DNA of 50,854 nt from a virus (IMGVR_UViG_3300026968_000004:1-50854), one strand, 5' to 3'. Positions 9,699-18,706 are shown, numbered from the stretch's first letter. Numbers and translations: made by a program. Notes: generated from the letters alone by a model not told the origin.

Positions 9699-9942
9699 CT
9701 ATATATATGCTGTAAACAGACAAGAGAAAAAAGTAGAAGAGGCTAATACACAAAAAAACGAAGCAATACTATACATCTATGAACAAATGTTGGAAATGTT
9801 AGAAAAAATAAGTGAAGTACCAGACAGAGAAGTATACATTCAGTATGGTAAACGGATTAAAGCTTTTGCTTTAGAAACAAAAGTAAAAATACCAGAGGTA
9901 ATAATAGACTTGAAAGAAATCAACAAATTATTGGAGGAATAA
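9661..9942 (+). CDS. Hypothetical protein
   Basis: ATG at 9661 after GGAGG. Confidence 0.6.
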   Translation: MGTRELLAKIGLNYIYAVNRQEKKVEEANTQKNEAILYIYEQMLEMLEKISEVPDREVYIQYGKRIKAFALETKVKIPEVIIDLKEINKLLEE

Positions 9943-10095
9943 ATAGCATGATACTAGAATCAAACCCAAAATTATTAGATCAATATAGATTTATAGAAAC
10001 TATAATTTATTAGATAATGTTAGGGACAGAGGGAGCAGGAAGTATTAATAGATATAGCATAGTTGCAAAAATTAAGTTTTGTATGGAGGTAGGAC

Positions 10096-11100
10096 ATGAG
10101 AATAGGACTGATTGATTTTGACGGTAAAATACCTAATCTTGCTTTGATGAAATTGAGTACATACTATAAGCAGCAAGGGCATGAAGTATATTTAAATATT
10201 TTTGATCGAAATGTAGATAAAGTGTTTTGTAGTGTATTGTTTACTTGGAATAGACAAAAGGCTGAGAGATTGCAGGGAGCTTATAAAGACATTACATATG
10301 GTGGTACTGGATGGGACAAAAAAACAGTACTTCCACCAGAAATAGAGAGTTGTAAGCCGGATTATGATTTGTATACAACAGATTTCTTATATAGCAGAAT
10401 AAGTGGCATTATGAAAAAGAGCAGTAAGCAAAAAAAGGCTGAACAGTTAGCTAATATGGGAATAGGTTTTACAACTAGAGGATGCATTAGAAGTTGTGAA
10501 TTTTGCTTTGTTCCAGAAAAAGAAGGAAAGCTACACCAAGTAGCTGAGATTAAAGACATTATCAATCCCAAGTCAAATATTATTACTCTATTAGACAATA
10601 ACTTTACAGCTGATCCACGTATGGCTGAGAAATGTGAAGAAATCAAACAGAGAAATCTAATAGTAAACATATCACAGGGTATTGATGTAAGAGTTATGAC
10701 TGAGGAAAAAGCGGCAGCATTAGCAAGCATTAAACATTTGAGATCAATTCATTATGCTTGGGACCTAATCAGCTTTGAAAACTCTATCTTAAGGGGAATA
10801 CAATTATTATCAAAGTACATTAAAACCTATAGACACATGTGTTATATGCTAGTAGGCTTCAATACATCATTTGATGAAGATATATACCGCTTTAAGAGGT
10901 TGAGAGAGTTAAAAGTAGACCCATATGTAATGATCTATAACAAGCGTAAAGATAACATACGGTTAAATCATTTTGCTAGATGGATAAATGCCAGGATATA
11001 TAAAGTGTGTGACTTTGAAGAGTATGGACCTTGGTTAAAAGATCAAAAGCTTTTCTATGAGCATGAAGAGATAAAGGGACAATTACAGCTGGTGCTATAA
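10096..11100 (+). CDS. Radical SAM protein
   Basis: TRGCIRSCEFC CxxxCxxC motif, DNNF, N-terminal PNLALMK. Confidence 0.9.
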   Translation: MRIGLIDFDGKIPNLALMKLSTYYKQQGHEVYLNIFDRNVDKVFCSVLFTWNRQKAERLQGAYKDITYGGTGWDKKTVLPPEIESCKPDYDLYTTDFLYSRISGIMKKSSKQKKAEQLANMGIGFTTRGCIRSCEFCFVPEKEGKLHQVAEIKDIINPKSNIITLLDNNFTADPRMAEKCEEIKQRNLIVNISQGIDVRVMTEEKAAALASIKHLRSIHYAWDLISFENSILRGIQLLSKYIKTYRHMCYMLVGFNTSFDEDIYRFKRLRELKVDPYVMIYNKRKDNIRLNHFARWINARIYKVCDFEEYGPWLKDQKLFYEHEEIKGQLQLVL

Positions 11101-11135
11101 GCACTAAAATATTAGATTAATACAGAGGTGAGAAC

Positions 11136-12575
11136 ATGAAGCAAATGACACTAAATGATATAAAAGATTATGAACTTGTAGTTGATAACTTTGCAGGTGG
11201 TGGTGGTGCATCAGCTGGTATAGAAATGGCACTAGGTAGAACGGTTGATATAGCAATCAATCATGATCCAGCTGCTATAGCAATGCATAAAGCAAACCAT
11301 CCATATACAAAGCATTATTGTGAAAGTGTTTGGGAGGTAAATCCATATGAAGTAACAAAGGGTAAGCCAGTTGGATTAGCTTGGTTTAGTCCAGATTGCA
11401 AACATTTTTCCAAAGCAAAAGGAGGAAAACCAAAAGATAAAAATATTCGTGGTTTAGCATGGGTTGCAGTAAAATGGGCTAGTTTCGTTAAACCTAGAGT
11501 AATAATGTTAGAGAATGTAGAAGAGTTCAAGACTTGGGGTCCACTAGATGAAGAGGGAAAAGTTATACCAGATAGAAAAGGGGAAACATTTGAACATTTC
11601 ATCAAAGCACTTCGAGAGAATGGTTATGTTGTAGAACATAGAGAACTTAGAGCATGTGATTATGGAGCACCTACCACTAGAAAAAGATTTTTCCTTATAG
11701 CAAGAAGTGATGGAGAAAAGATTATATGGAAAAAACCAACGCATGGTGATCCAAAAAGTATTGAGGTCAAGAATGGAATACTTAAACCATGGAGAACAGC
11801 AACAGAGATTATTGATTGGTCTATACCTTGTCCAAGTATTTTTAACCGGAAGAAACCACTTGCTGAAAATACTATGAAACGAATAGCCAGAGGAATTAAG
11901 AAATTTGTATATGATAATCCAAAACCTTTTATCGTAAGGATAGGACAGACAGGGTTTGGAAAAGATAGACTTCAATATCCATTGGATAAGTCACTAACAA
12001 CTATAACAGCAAAAGCAGAACATTGTCTAGTAACTCCATTTATATCAACTTATCACACAGAAACAAGAGAAAATGAAGTAAGAGGACAAGAGATAGATAA
12101 ACCTATAACAACTGTTGATGGTTCAAATAGATATGCATTAGCAACGGCTTTTATTGAAAGACAGTTCAAGAGTTCAACAGGACATGCCATGAATGTTCCA
12201 TTAGGTACGGTTACAACAATAGATAAATCAAGGTTAGTAGAAGCATTTTTAATTAAGTACTATGGTACAGATATTGGTCAGGACCTACAAAAACCATTAC
12301 ACACTGTTACATCAAAAGATAGATTTGGACTAATAACCATAGAGAATGAACAGTACAAAATAGTTGATATTGGACTTAGAATGTTACAACCTAGAGAATT
12401 ATTCAACGCACAAGGATTTTCACCAGATTACATAATAAACAATGATTACAAAGGCAATAAATATCCAAAGACAGCCCAAGTCGCAAGATGTGGTAATGCA
12501 GTACCACCACCATTAGCAAAGGCTCTTGTCGAAGCTAATCTTCCAGAGTTAATTGAATATAGGGCAATAAGTTAG
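11136..12575 (+). CDS. DNA (cytosine-5) methyltransferase
   Basis: Motif I DNFAGGGG, motif IV SPDC, motif VI ENVEEF, motif VIII RKRFF, motif X GNAVPP. Confidence 0.93.
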   Translation: MKQMTLNDIKDYELVVDNFAGGGGASAGIEMALGRTVDIAINHDPAAIAMHKANHPYTKHYCESVWEVNPYEVTKGKPVGLAWFSPDCKHFSKAKGGKPKDKNIRGLAWVAVKWASFVKPRVIMLENVEEFKTWGPLDEEGKVIPDRKGETFEHFIKALRENGYVVEHRELRACDYGAPTTRKRFFLIARSDGEKIIWKKPTHGDPKSIEVKNGILKPWRTATEIIDWSIPCPSIFNRKKPLAENTMKRIARGIKKFVYDNPKPFIVRIGQTGFGKDRLQYPLDKSLTTITAKAEHCLVTPFISTYHTETRENEVRGQEIDKPITTVDGSNRYALATAFIERQFKSSTGHAMNVPLGTVTTIDKSRLVEAFLIKYYGTDIGQDLQKPLHTVTSKDRFGLITIENEQYKIVDIGLRMLQPRELFNAQGFSPDYIINNDYKGNKYPKTAQVARCGNAVPPPLAKALVEANLPELIEYRAIS

Positions 12576-12585
12576 AAGGTGAAAT

Positions 12586-12801
12586 ATGAAGAAAATACAA
12601 ACTTGTAATTGTGGATGCATAGAGGGTAAAAATATACTATTAAATAGCCATGCTCATGTAGGTATAACAACAGAATTTCAAGATAATGGAGTTTTCCATA
12701 ACAATAAGGCATTATACATAGAAAATAATTATTGCCCTCAGTGTGGGAAAAAATATAACGTAGTGTTTGAGAAAGATGAGCAAGAAGAGTTACCAATATA
12801 G
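12586..12801 (+). CDS. Small Cys-containing hypothetical protein
   Basis: CNCGC...NYCPQCG. Confidence 0.7.
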   Translation: MKKIQTCNCGCIEGKNILLNSHAHVGITTEFQDNGVFHNNKALYIENNYCPQCGKKYNVVFEKDEQEELPI

Positions 12802-12841
12802 GAACTAAATATTAGTTTAGTACAGATTAGAAGGTGATTAA

Positions 12842-13693
12842 TTGGAAGGACAACAAGTTATAAACTTTGATACTGGGAAATTGCAAGATGAATTAGCTTA
12901 TAAAGTTGAAAAAGCTATTGAAAGATATAGAATGTTTGCACCAAAAGACGGTTATTATTTAGCTTTTTCAGGTGGTAAAGATAGTATAGTTATAAAAGCA
13001 TTAGCAGATATGGCAGGAGTTAAATATGATTCACATTATAATATTACTACTGTAGATCCTCCAGAGTTACTAAGATACATAAAAAAATATCACCCAGATG
13101 TCATTAGAGAAAAACCAATAATGACAATGTGGGAATTAATACCTTATAAATTAATGCCACCAACAAGGATAGCAAGATATTGCTGTTCTGTACTTAAAGA
13201 AGGTGGTGGGAAAAATAGATTTGTAGTTACTGGAATAAGATGGGCTGAAAGTGTGCGAAGAAAAAATAATAGAAGCATGATTGAATTTGATAGATATGGA
13301 AGTAAATCTAAACAAGCTATGAAATATAGAGAAATATTTTTTATGAATGATAATGAAGGAAAAAGGAGAATGATAGAAAATTGTGCTATAAAAGGAAAAC
13401 ACATTCTTAATCCTATTATTGATTGGACAAATAATGATATTTGGAATTTCATACATAAATACAATATTCCTTATTGTGAGTTGTATGACCAAGGATTTGA
13501 AAGGTTAGGTTGCATTGGCTGTCCAATGGCTGGGAAAAAAGGAATGATAAAAGAGTTTAAAAGGTGGTCACATTACAAAAAACTATATCTAAAAGCATTT
13601 GATAATATGCTAATTGAACGTGATAAAAGAGGGCTTGAAACTATGTGGAAATCAGCAGATGAAGTTATGGATTGGTGGGTAAATAAACAATAG
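12842..13693 (+). CDS. Phosphoadenosine phosphosulfate reductase family protein
   Basis: AFSGGKDS PP-loop, RYCC, GIRWAES, PIIDW, RLGCIGCP. Confidence 0.92.
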   Translation: MEGQQVINFDTGKLQDELAYKVEKAIERYRMFAPKDGYYLAFSGGKDSIVIKALADMAGVKYDSHYNITTVDPPELLRYIKKYHPDVIREKPIMTMWELIPYKLMPPTRIARYCCSVLKEGGGKNRFVVTGIRWAESVRRKNNRSMIEFDRYGSKSKQAMKYREIFFMNDNEGKRRMIENCAIKGKHILNPIIDWTNNDIWNFIHKYNIPYCELYDQGFERLGCIGCPMAGKKGMIKEFKRWSHYKKLYLKAFDNMLIERDKRGLETMWKSADEVMDWWVNKQ

Positions 13694-14040
13694 GAACAAT
13701 CAGAGCTGCCAATATAAGAAGGTGAGTAAATAAAAAGGTCCACTGTACTAACGAACCTTCTTATTCCTTGCAATTGAGACAATTGAGACAATTAGGCTAA
13801 TTACACCCAAGACTGTTCCTAAATCTAATTGAATACTGATATTTCATATGAACACCTCAATAACTTTTTTGGACATCTATAAGGACAATTAGTATTACCT
13901 TTATATAATGAATATATCATATAAAGTGAAATATAGTAAGTTATTGGAGTATAGTAAATTACGTTACTATTGTTTTATAGTAGGGTAGGAATAATAAACA
14001 GATATGTTGTGTCTTGAATATTTATGATCTAGTGCTATAA

Positions 14041-14078
14041 AAAAAGCATAAATAAACGGATATTAAATAATATCCGTT
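14041..14078 (-). terminator. Intrinsic terminator directly after the tRNA-like gene
   Basis: AACGGATATTA/TAATATCCGTT stem followed by a T-rich tract on the minus strand. Confidence 0.7.
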
Positions 14079-14079
14079 A

Positions 14080-14163
14080 CAATCGTAAGGGGATTCGAAC
14101 CCCTAAAGTCATTAGACCAACAGCTTCCTAAACTGCCGCGTATACCAATTCCGCCACACGCTC
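14080..14163 (-). tRNA. Class II tRNA with Leu-type body and AGG (Pro) anticodon; possibly pseudo-tRNA
   Basis: GAGCGTG-TG-GCGGAATTGGTATACGC-G-GCAGT-TTAGGAA-GCTGT-variable arm GTC(TAAT)GAC-AGGGG TTCGAAT CCCCT-TACGATT-G; no encoded CCA; G3-A70 mismatch. Confidence 0.85.
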
Positions 14164-14177
14164 AATGTGAGAATATA

Positions 14178-14206
14178 ATTATATCATATATAGATATTGT
14201 AGTCAA
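14178..14206 (-). promoter_or_regulatory. Sigma-A promoter of the tRNA-like gene
   Basis: TTGACT-17 nt-TATAAT with extended TG, 14 nt upstream of G1. Confidence 0.8.
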
Positions 14207-14372
14207 GTTGACTAAAGTTTAAATTAGTAAAAGGCAAGAAATGATATATAACTGATATTTTACTGGATAGAAAAAGTCTTCTTACTAAGAGGGACCTTTT
14301 CTATGGTTCATTAACATAGTGTTTAGAGAAACGCTCAAGAGAAATATGAATAATCCTCTAGCGATATATATA

Positions 14373-14558
14373 TTATTGTTTAATTGTATCCTTTTCAGCT
14401 TTTAACTTTTCTTTGTCTGAAAGTACTTTAAGGATGCTCAATAAAGCAGCAAATCCACAGAAAATAGCTAGTGATATGTTTGAAGACACTAAGTAGTAAA
14501 TACAACCAATGAAGTTAGCTATACTAACAAGTATAAAAAATATTGTAATAAGGTTCAT
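14373..14558 (-). CDS. Small two-helix membrane protein (moron)
   Basis: GGAGGTG RBS, ATG at 14558, two hydrophobic helices. Confidence 0.7.
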   Translation of the reverse strand: MNLITIFFILVSIANFIGCIYYLVSSNISLAIFCGFAALLSILKVLSDKEKLKAEKDTIKQ

Positions 14559-14645
14559 TAAAATCACCTCCAATAAGATATTATATCACATTGTTTAGGT
14601 ATGCAAATATAGGCACAAAGGCTTGGTTTAGTTAATACAAAGGGA

Positions 14646-14780
14646 GTGAGAAAAATAAAACTTGCAATTATAAGAATGGTATTAGGATGCACACAATGGA
14701 TTATAGAAACATTTTATACACTAGAAGAAATTGATATGTTAAAAAAAGAATATGCAGAAAAAGAAAACAGACACAGGTAA
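14646..14780 (+). CDS. Small hypothetical protein (44 aa)
   Basis: Open frame MRKIKLAIIRMVLG...ENRHR between two repeat sites; start uncertain. Confidence 0.4.
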   Translation: MRKIKLAIIRMVLGCTQWIIETFYTLEEIDMLKKEYAEKENRHR

Positions 14781-14871
14781 AAGTTCGGTTTAGCCGAGAA
14801 AAGGAAAAATGCTTGAGGTTAACCTCTAGCTAAATTGAGGCTAATCCCAAGCTTAAATGAAATCTAAATAT

Positions 14872-15147
14872 CTACTCTTCATATACAGTTATACTTTCAA
14901 TATGATCGTATAAAAAGAAAGTATCTGCTAAGATAGATAAAGAATTTGGTGCGTAACCAAATAATAACTTACCACCAACCCCAAAATCATCTATTGTTGT
15001 TATATACATAATATAACAGGTAGCATTACTCAGCATGATTGTACCATAACGATCTATCAATTTGTTTTTATTAGATGGGATAGTACTAAGAGGATATTCA
15101 CGGCACAACATTGTTGAATCTTCCGAAGGTCTATTTGAAGTATACAT
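14872..15147 (-). CDS. Hypothetical moron protein
   Basis: AAGGA RBS; downstream hairpin at 14811-14852. Confidence 0.65.
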   Translation of the reverse strand: MYTSNRPSEDSTMLCREYPLSTIPSNKNKLIDRYGTIMLSNATCYIMYITTIDDFGVGGKLLFGYAPNSLSILADTFFLYDHIESITVYEE

Positions 15148-15343
15148 ATATACAATCCTTTTTAAAGTGTTAGTTACTATATGTTATTCTTTATAAAAGT
15201 TTAAGTTACTATTTTGTATGTCTAACTAAAACCAATGATAATTAAAGTATTAAAATATCGAAGATTAGAATGATTATAGTATATAAAGAAAAGTCAAAGG
15301 TATCAGCAAAAACAAAAGAACTATTTTAGGAGAGGATGATTTT

Positions 15344-15775
15344 ATGACAATAGTTCAAGAATACAGAAGAATAGTAGAAAGAATAGCAGTACAAGAAAGT
15401 CAGTTAACTACAGCTAAAATTGATTTGCAAAAGAACATGAATATATATAAACCAACAGATGTTAAAGCAATTACATATGATCAGGAACGAGTACAGACTT
15501 CTATGCAACAGCATAGTATATTTATTATCGCTAATAATATTCTAATACTTACTAATTTTATAAAAGAATTAGAGTTAGAAATAAAAAAATTGAATGAACA
15601 GAAAGTAGAACTTGAAAAGACTATAAATGAATTAGGAGATATAAAAAAGAAAGTTACAATGTATATGATTAAAGGGTATCCACAATGGAAGATTGCAAGA
15701 GAATTACATTATTCAAAAAGACATATTGAAAGAATTTGTAGTCAATTAAAAGATGTCGGTGAAATATCGGTATGA
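15344..15775 (+). CDS. Late-gene transcriptional regulator (ArpU/RinA-like, C-terminal HTH)
   Basis: KAITYD, coiled coil, GYPQWKIARELHYSKRHIER HTH; lies at the end of the early region. Confidence 0.8.
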   Translation: MTIVQEYRRIVERIAVQESQLTTAKIDLQKNMNIYKPTDVKAITYDQERVQTSMQQHSIFIIANNILILTNFIKELELEIKKLNEQKVELEKTINELGDIKKKVTMYMIKGYPQWKIARELHYSKRHIERICSQLKDVGEISV

Positions 15776-15819
15776 AATGTGTTAATATGCTAATGACAAA
15801 ATTTATATTTTGAGATATA

Positions 15820-15845
15820 AGGAGAGCCTAAATGGGCTCTTTTTC
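15820..15845 (+). terminator. Intrinsic terminator
   Basis: AGAGCCT-AAAT-GGGCTCT followed by T tract. Confidence 0.75.
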
Positions 15846-15921
15846 TATTGTTAAAGGTAGCTGAGTAATTCCAAAGTAACTTTAATAGCATAATATACAT
15901 AATATATACTGAATAATAGAA

Positions 15922-16779
15922 ATGAGGTATAAGATGTATTGTTTATACGGAAATAATAATAATGAGTTATCACCAGTTGAGGTATTTAAAATTTTTGGAT
16001 ATTTAAGTAATACAGCTGGATTAGAAAAAGACCTATTAGAAATGCAAAAAACACTTGATTTAACTTCTGAAGAAATAGAAGAAATGAAAGACTTAGTTAT
16101 TACTAGAGAAATGATGCTGAATGATGAATCAAGAAGTGTATTAGCTAAAAGAGCAGTAAGAGAATACAACGAATTAGTTGAAGATGTAAGCCAAAGAATA
16201 GTAGCTGAATTTAAAAGGATAATTGGTAATGAGAAATATAAAAAATTAAACAATTACTTGAAGGAATGGTTTGGTTTAGAGACGAATTATAGGAAAAGAT
16301 GGCTAAGAGAAAAAAATAGAGATTTAATGCGTGGAGGAATTGGTACAGTATATGCAACACAATGTTATTGCGAAAGTGCATTGCCTTGTTTGTGTTTGAA
16401 ATTTGCTAACATCGGAAAATTTGAATGGTTAACTCCTGAATGCAAAAAAATATATAAAAAATCGTATCCTATAGATATTTATTATAAAGGTAATACAGTA
16501 AAGGATCTAATAGTTAAAGAAGCAGGTCCATATAATATAAAAGATGATTATTGGAATTGTATATGTCGGAAATATAAAGATCTAGATTGTATGATGCCAA
16601 TGGCACAAGCTGCTTTTTTTGATAACTATAATGATGGCAAAGATGAATATGGAAGAATTGTATTATTACAAGCTGGAATTGATTTAAATGTAAAAACTGC
16701 AAAAAAATTAGGATTAAATCATTTGCAAAATGCATGGATTGAGGTGGATTTTAGCAAATTACCAATGTGTCCTAATTAA
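15922..16779 (+). CDS. Hypothetical protein with RlpA/double-psi beta-barrel-like C-terminal domain
   Basis: VKEAGPYNIKDDYWN...GRIVLLQAGIDL...KKLGL...AWIEV resembles DPBB-type motifs. Confidence 0.55.
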   Translation: MRYKMYCLYGNNNNELSPVEVFKIFGYLSNTAGLEKDLLEMQKTLDLTSEEIEEMKDLVITREMMLNDESRSVLAKRAVREYNELVEDVSQRIVAEFKRIIGNEKYKKLNNYLKEWFGLETNYRKRWLREKNRDLMRGGIGTVYATQCYCESALPCLCLKFANIGKFEWLTPECKKIYKKSYPIDIYYKGNTVKDLIVKEAGPYNIKDDYWNCICRKYKDLDCMMPMAQAAFFDNYNDGKDEYGRIVLLQAGIDLNVKTAKKLGLNHLQNAWIEVDFSKLPMCPN

Positions 16780-16916
16780 TCTTAAATAATTATATTGGGT
16801 GCAAAACTCAATTTTAATTATAAATGTATCTAGTAATCAGATTTATATATTTTTAAGAAGCCTTGTTATATCACAGGGCTTTTTTTGTGCCAAAAATAAA
16901 GGAGGTGGAATATGAA

Positions 16917-17558
16917 GTGTCAAAAAAGAAGCCAGCAAAACCTATACCAGAAGAATCATATGATCGGTTCAAGTATAGGCTGGAAGAGAAGAGCAGCAAG
17001 TTCAAGGAAAGAAACATAACTCTATTTTTATTAGGAGTAGCTACAGGATATCGAATGCAGGATTTAGTCTGCTTAACAGTTGGCGATATCAGGGGAAGCT
17101 TAGAAAATGGTTTCTTTGAAATTCAAGAAAGTAAGCAGATTAAGGCATGGAGGACACATAAATTTAAACATCCTAATTCTACACAAAAAGAACCAAAGCC
17201 AAGAAAACACGAGATTGTTCCTTCTTTGGAAGTAATACTTAAGAAATTTGTTCAAGGTAGAAAAGCTTCAGAGTATGCGTTTATCAGCAACAAAGGAAAA
17301 GGAAGTCAATATATTGGTGAAGATAGTTTTTCTGACATACTCAAAGAAGTTGCAAATGAACCTGATATCAACTTAAAACAGATTACAGGTCACAGCCTTA
17401 GAAAAACATATGCTCGAAGAATATATGATGCTACAGGTTCATTGGAACACGTACGCATAGCATTAGGGCATAAAAGCATTGAAGTAACTAAGATATATTT
17501 AGGGCTTGAAGATGAAGCAAAAGAAAGTGCTGCTAAAATTGCTGGTAGCAGATTATAA
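16917..17558 (+). CDS. Tyrosine recombinase (XerC/D-like catalytic domain only)
   Basis: TGYRMQDL, GHSLRKTYA, ALGHKS, TKIY: complete R-H-R-H-Y set; GTG start after GGAGG. Confidence 0.93.
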   Translation: MSKKKPAKPIPEESYDRFKYRLEEKSSKFKERNITLFLLGVATGYRMQDLVCLTVGDIRGSLENGFFEIQESKQIKAWRTHKFKHPNSTQKEPKPRKHEIVPSLEVILKKFVQGRKASEYAFISNKGKGSQYIGEDSFSDILKEVANEPDINLKQITGHSLRKTYARRIYDATGSLEHVRIALGHKSIEVTKIYLGLEDEAKESAAKIAGSRL

Positions 17559-17965
17559 ATTTTATATTCGAATCCGTAAAAATGTCGAGGTTACTTATTT
17601 ATGACAAGAGGGAAAAATAACTTCTATATAATGCAACTTAAAAATATAATCCGTAATCCTATATGTTATTACTGATTTGCAGTTTAGTATAAAAAACGAC
17701 CATGAAGCCAGTAATAATGAAGGGTTAAGCCATGTTTTTGAAGTTTATTTATTAATCATGAGATAAAAAGAGTTTTGTGCATTATTTTTTTTATCTCAAA
17801 AAAGTAATATTATTACTATTTGTTATTATTAGTTACTGTTCATAAAAAAATGGAATTTCAAATAAAACAACTCAACTAAATATATTTTGTCAATTATATA
17901 TATAAGAATTACTAAGGTTTTGAGTACAGTATAAAAAGTACAGTTAAAACTTAAGGGGGGATAAA

Positions 17966-18706
17966 GTGGCAAAAGAAAAGAACCCTAATAGGTTAGCAGC
18001 ATTTAAAATTTATAAAGAACATCATGGGAAGATAACCATAAAACAAATTGCTAATATACTTAATGAGAAGCCTAGAAATATTACATACTGGAAAAAGATA
18101 GACCAATGGAATGTAAAGTATAATCCAAAAGGTGGAGCACCACTAGGTAATCAAAACGCATTAGGTAATTTGGGTGGAGCACCTATACGTAATCAAAATG
18201 CTAGAACAGACGGATGGTATTCTAAATATTACCCAACAAAAACTAAGAGTATCGTCAAGGAATTAGAAGATGCTAATGCTGATCCAATAGAAATTATATG
18301 GGCACAGATAATTACTTTATGGGCAGCTATCATTAGATCACAAAAAGTAATGTTTGTTAATGATAAAGATGATATGACAAAAGAGTTAAAGAAAACAACT
18401 CGTAGTGACAAAATGGATAGTAATGAATATGAAATACAATTCGCTTGGGATAAACAAGCGAATTTCTTAAATGCTCAAAGTAGAGCAATGACAACATTAT
18501 CTGGTATGATTAAAAAATATGATGACATGCTTCATGCCAATTGGGAAATGACAACAGAAGAGCAACGGTTAAGAATGGATAAACTTAAAGTTCAAATAGC
18601 TAATCCAGAGTTGCAGCATAGAAAAGAAGTTAGTAAACAAAAGCTAAGAATGGAACAGGAAGTGCTAGATTTAAGAAAGAAAGAATTAGAGTTAAAGGAA
18701 TGGTAA
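17966..18706 (+). CDS. Phage terminase small subunit-like protein (N-terminal HTH, PBSX/skin type)
   Basis: HTH with WKKIDQW, GGAPLGNQNA/GGAPIRNQNA repeats, EYEIQFAWDKQANFLNAQSRAM. Confidence 0.8.
   Translation: MAKEKNPNRLAAFKIYKEHHGKITIKQIANILNEKPRNITYWKKIDQWNVKYNPKGGAPLGNQNALGNLGGAPIRNQNARTDGWYSKYYPTKTKSIVKELEDANADPIEIIWAQIITLWAAIIRSQKVMFVNDKDDMTKELKKTTRSDKMDSNEYEIQFAWDKQANFLNAQSRAMTTLSGMIKKYDDMLHANWEMTTEEQRLRMDKLKVQIANPELQHRKEVSKQKLRMEQEVLDLRKKELELKEW

Noticed and set aside
11136-12575. Methyltransferases as parts of restriction-modification systems
   Set aside because: No cognate restriction endonuclease adjacent to either; they look like orphan phage methyltransferases
12842-13693. PAPS-reductase-like gene as a Dnd/Ssp phosphorothioation system
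   Set aside because: No dndA/B/D/E or ssp partners recognised; stand-alone homologues are common in phages
14080-14163. tRNA as prophage attachment site or ordinary tRNA-Leu(TAG)
   Set aside because: It is internal to the phage, the integrase is a serine type, no duplicate 3' fragment was seen, and the TAG register breaks the anticodon stem
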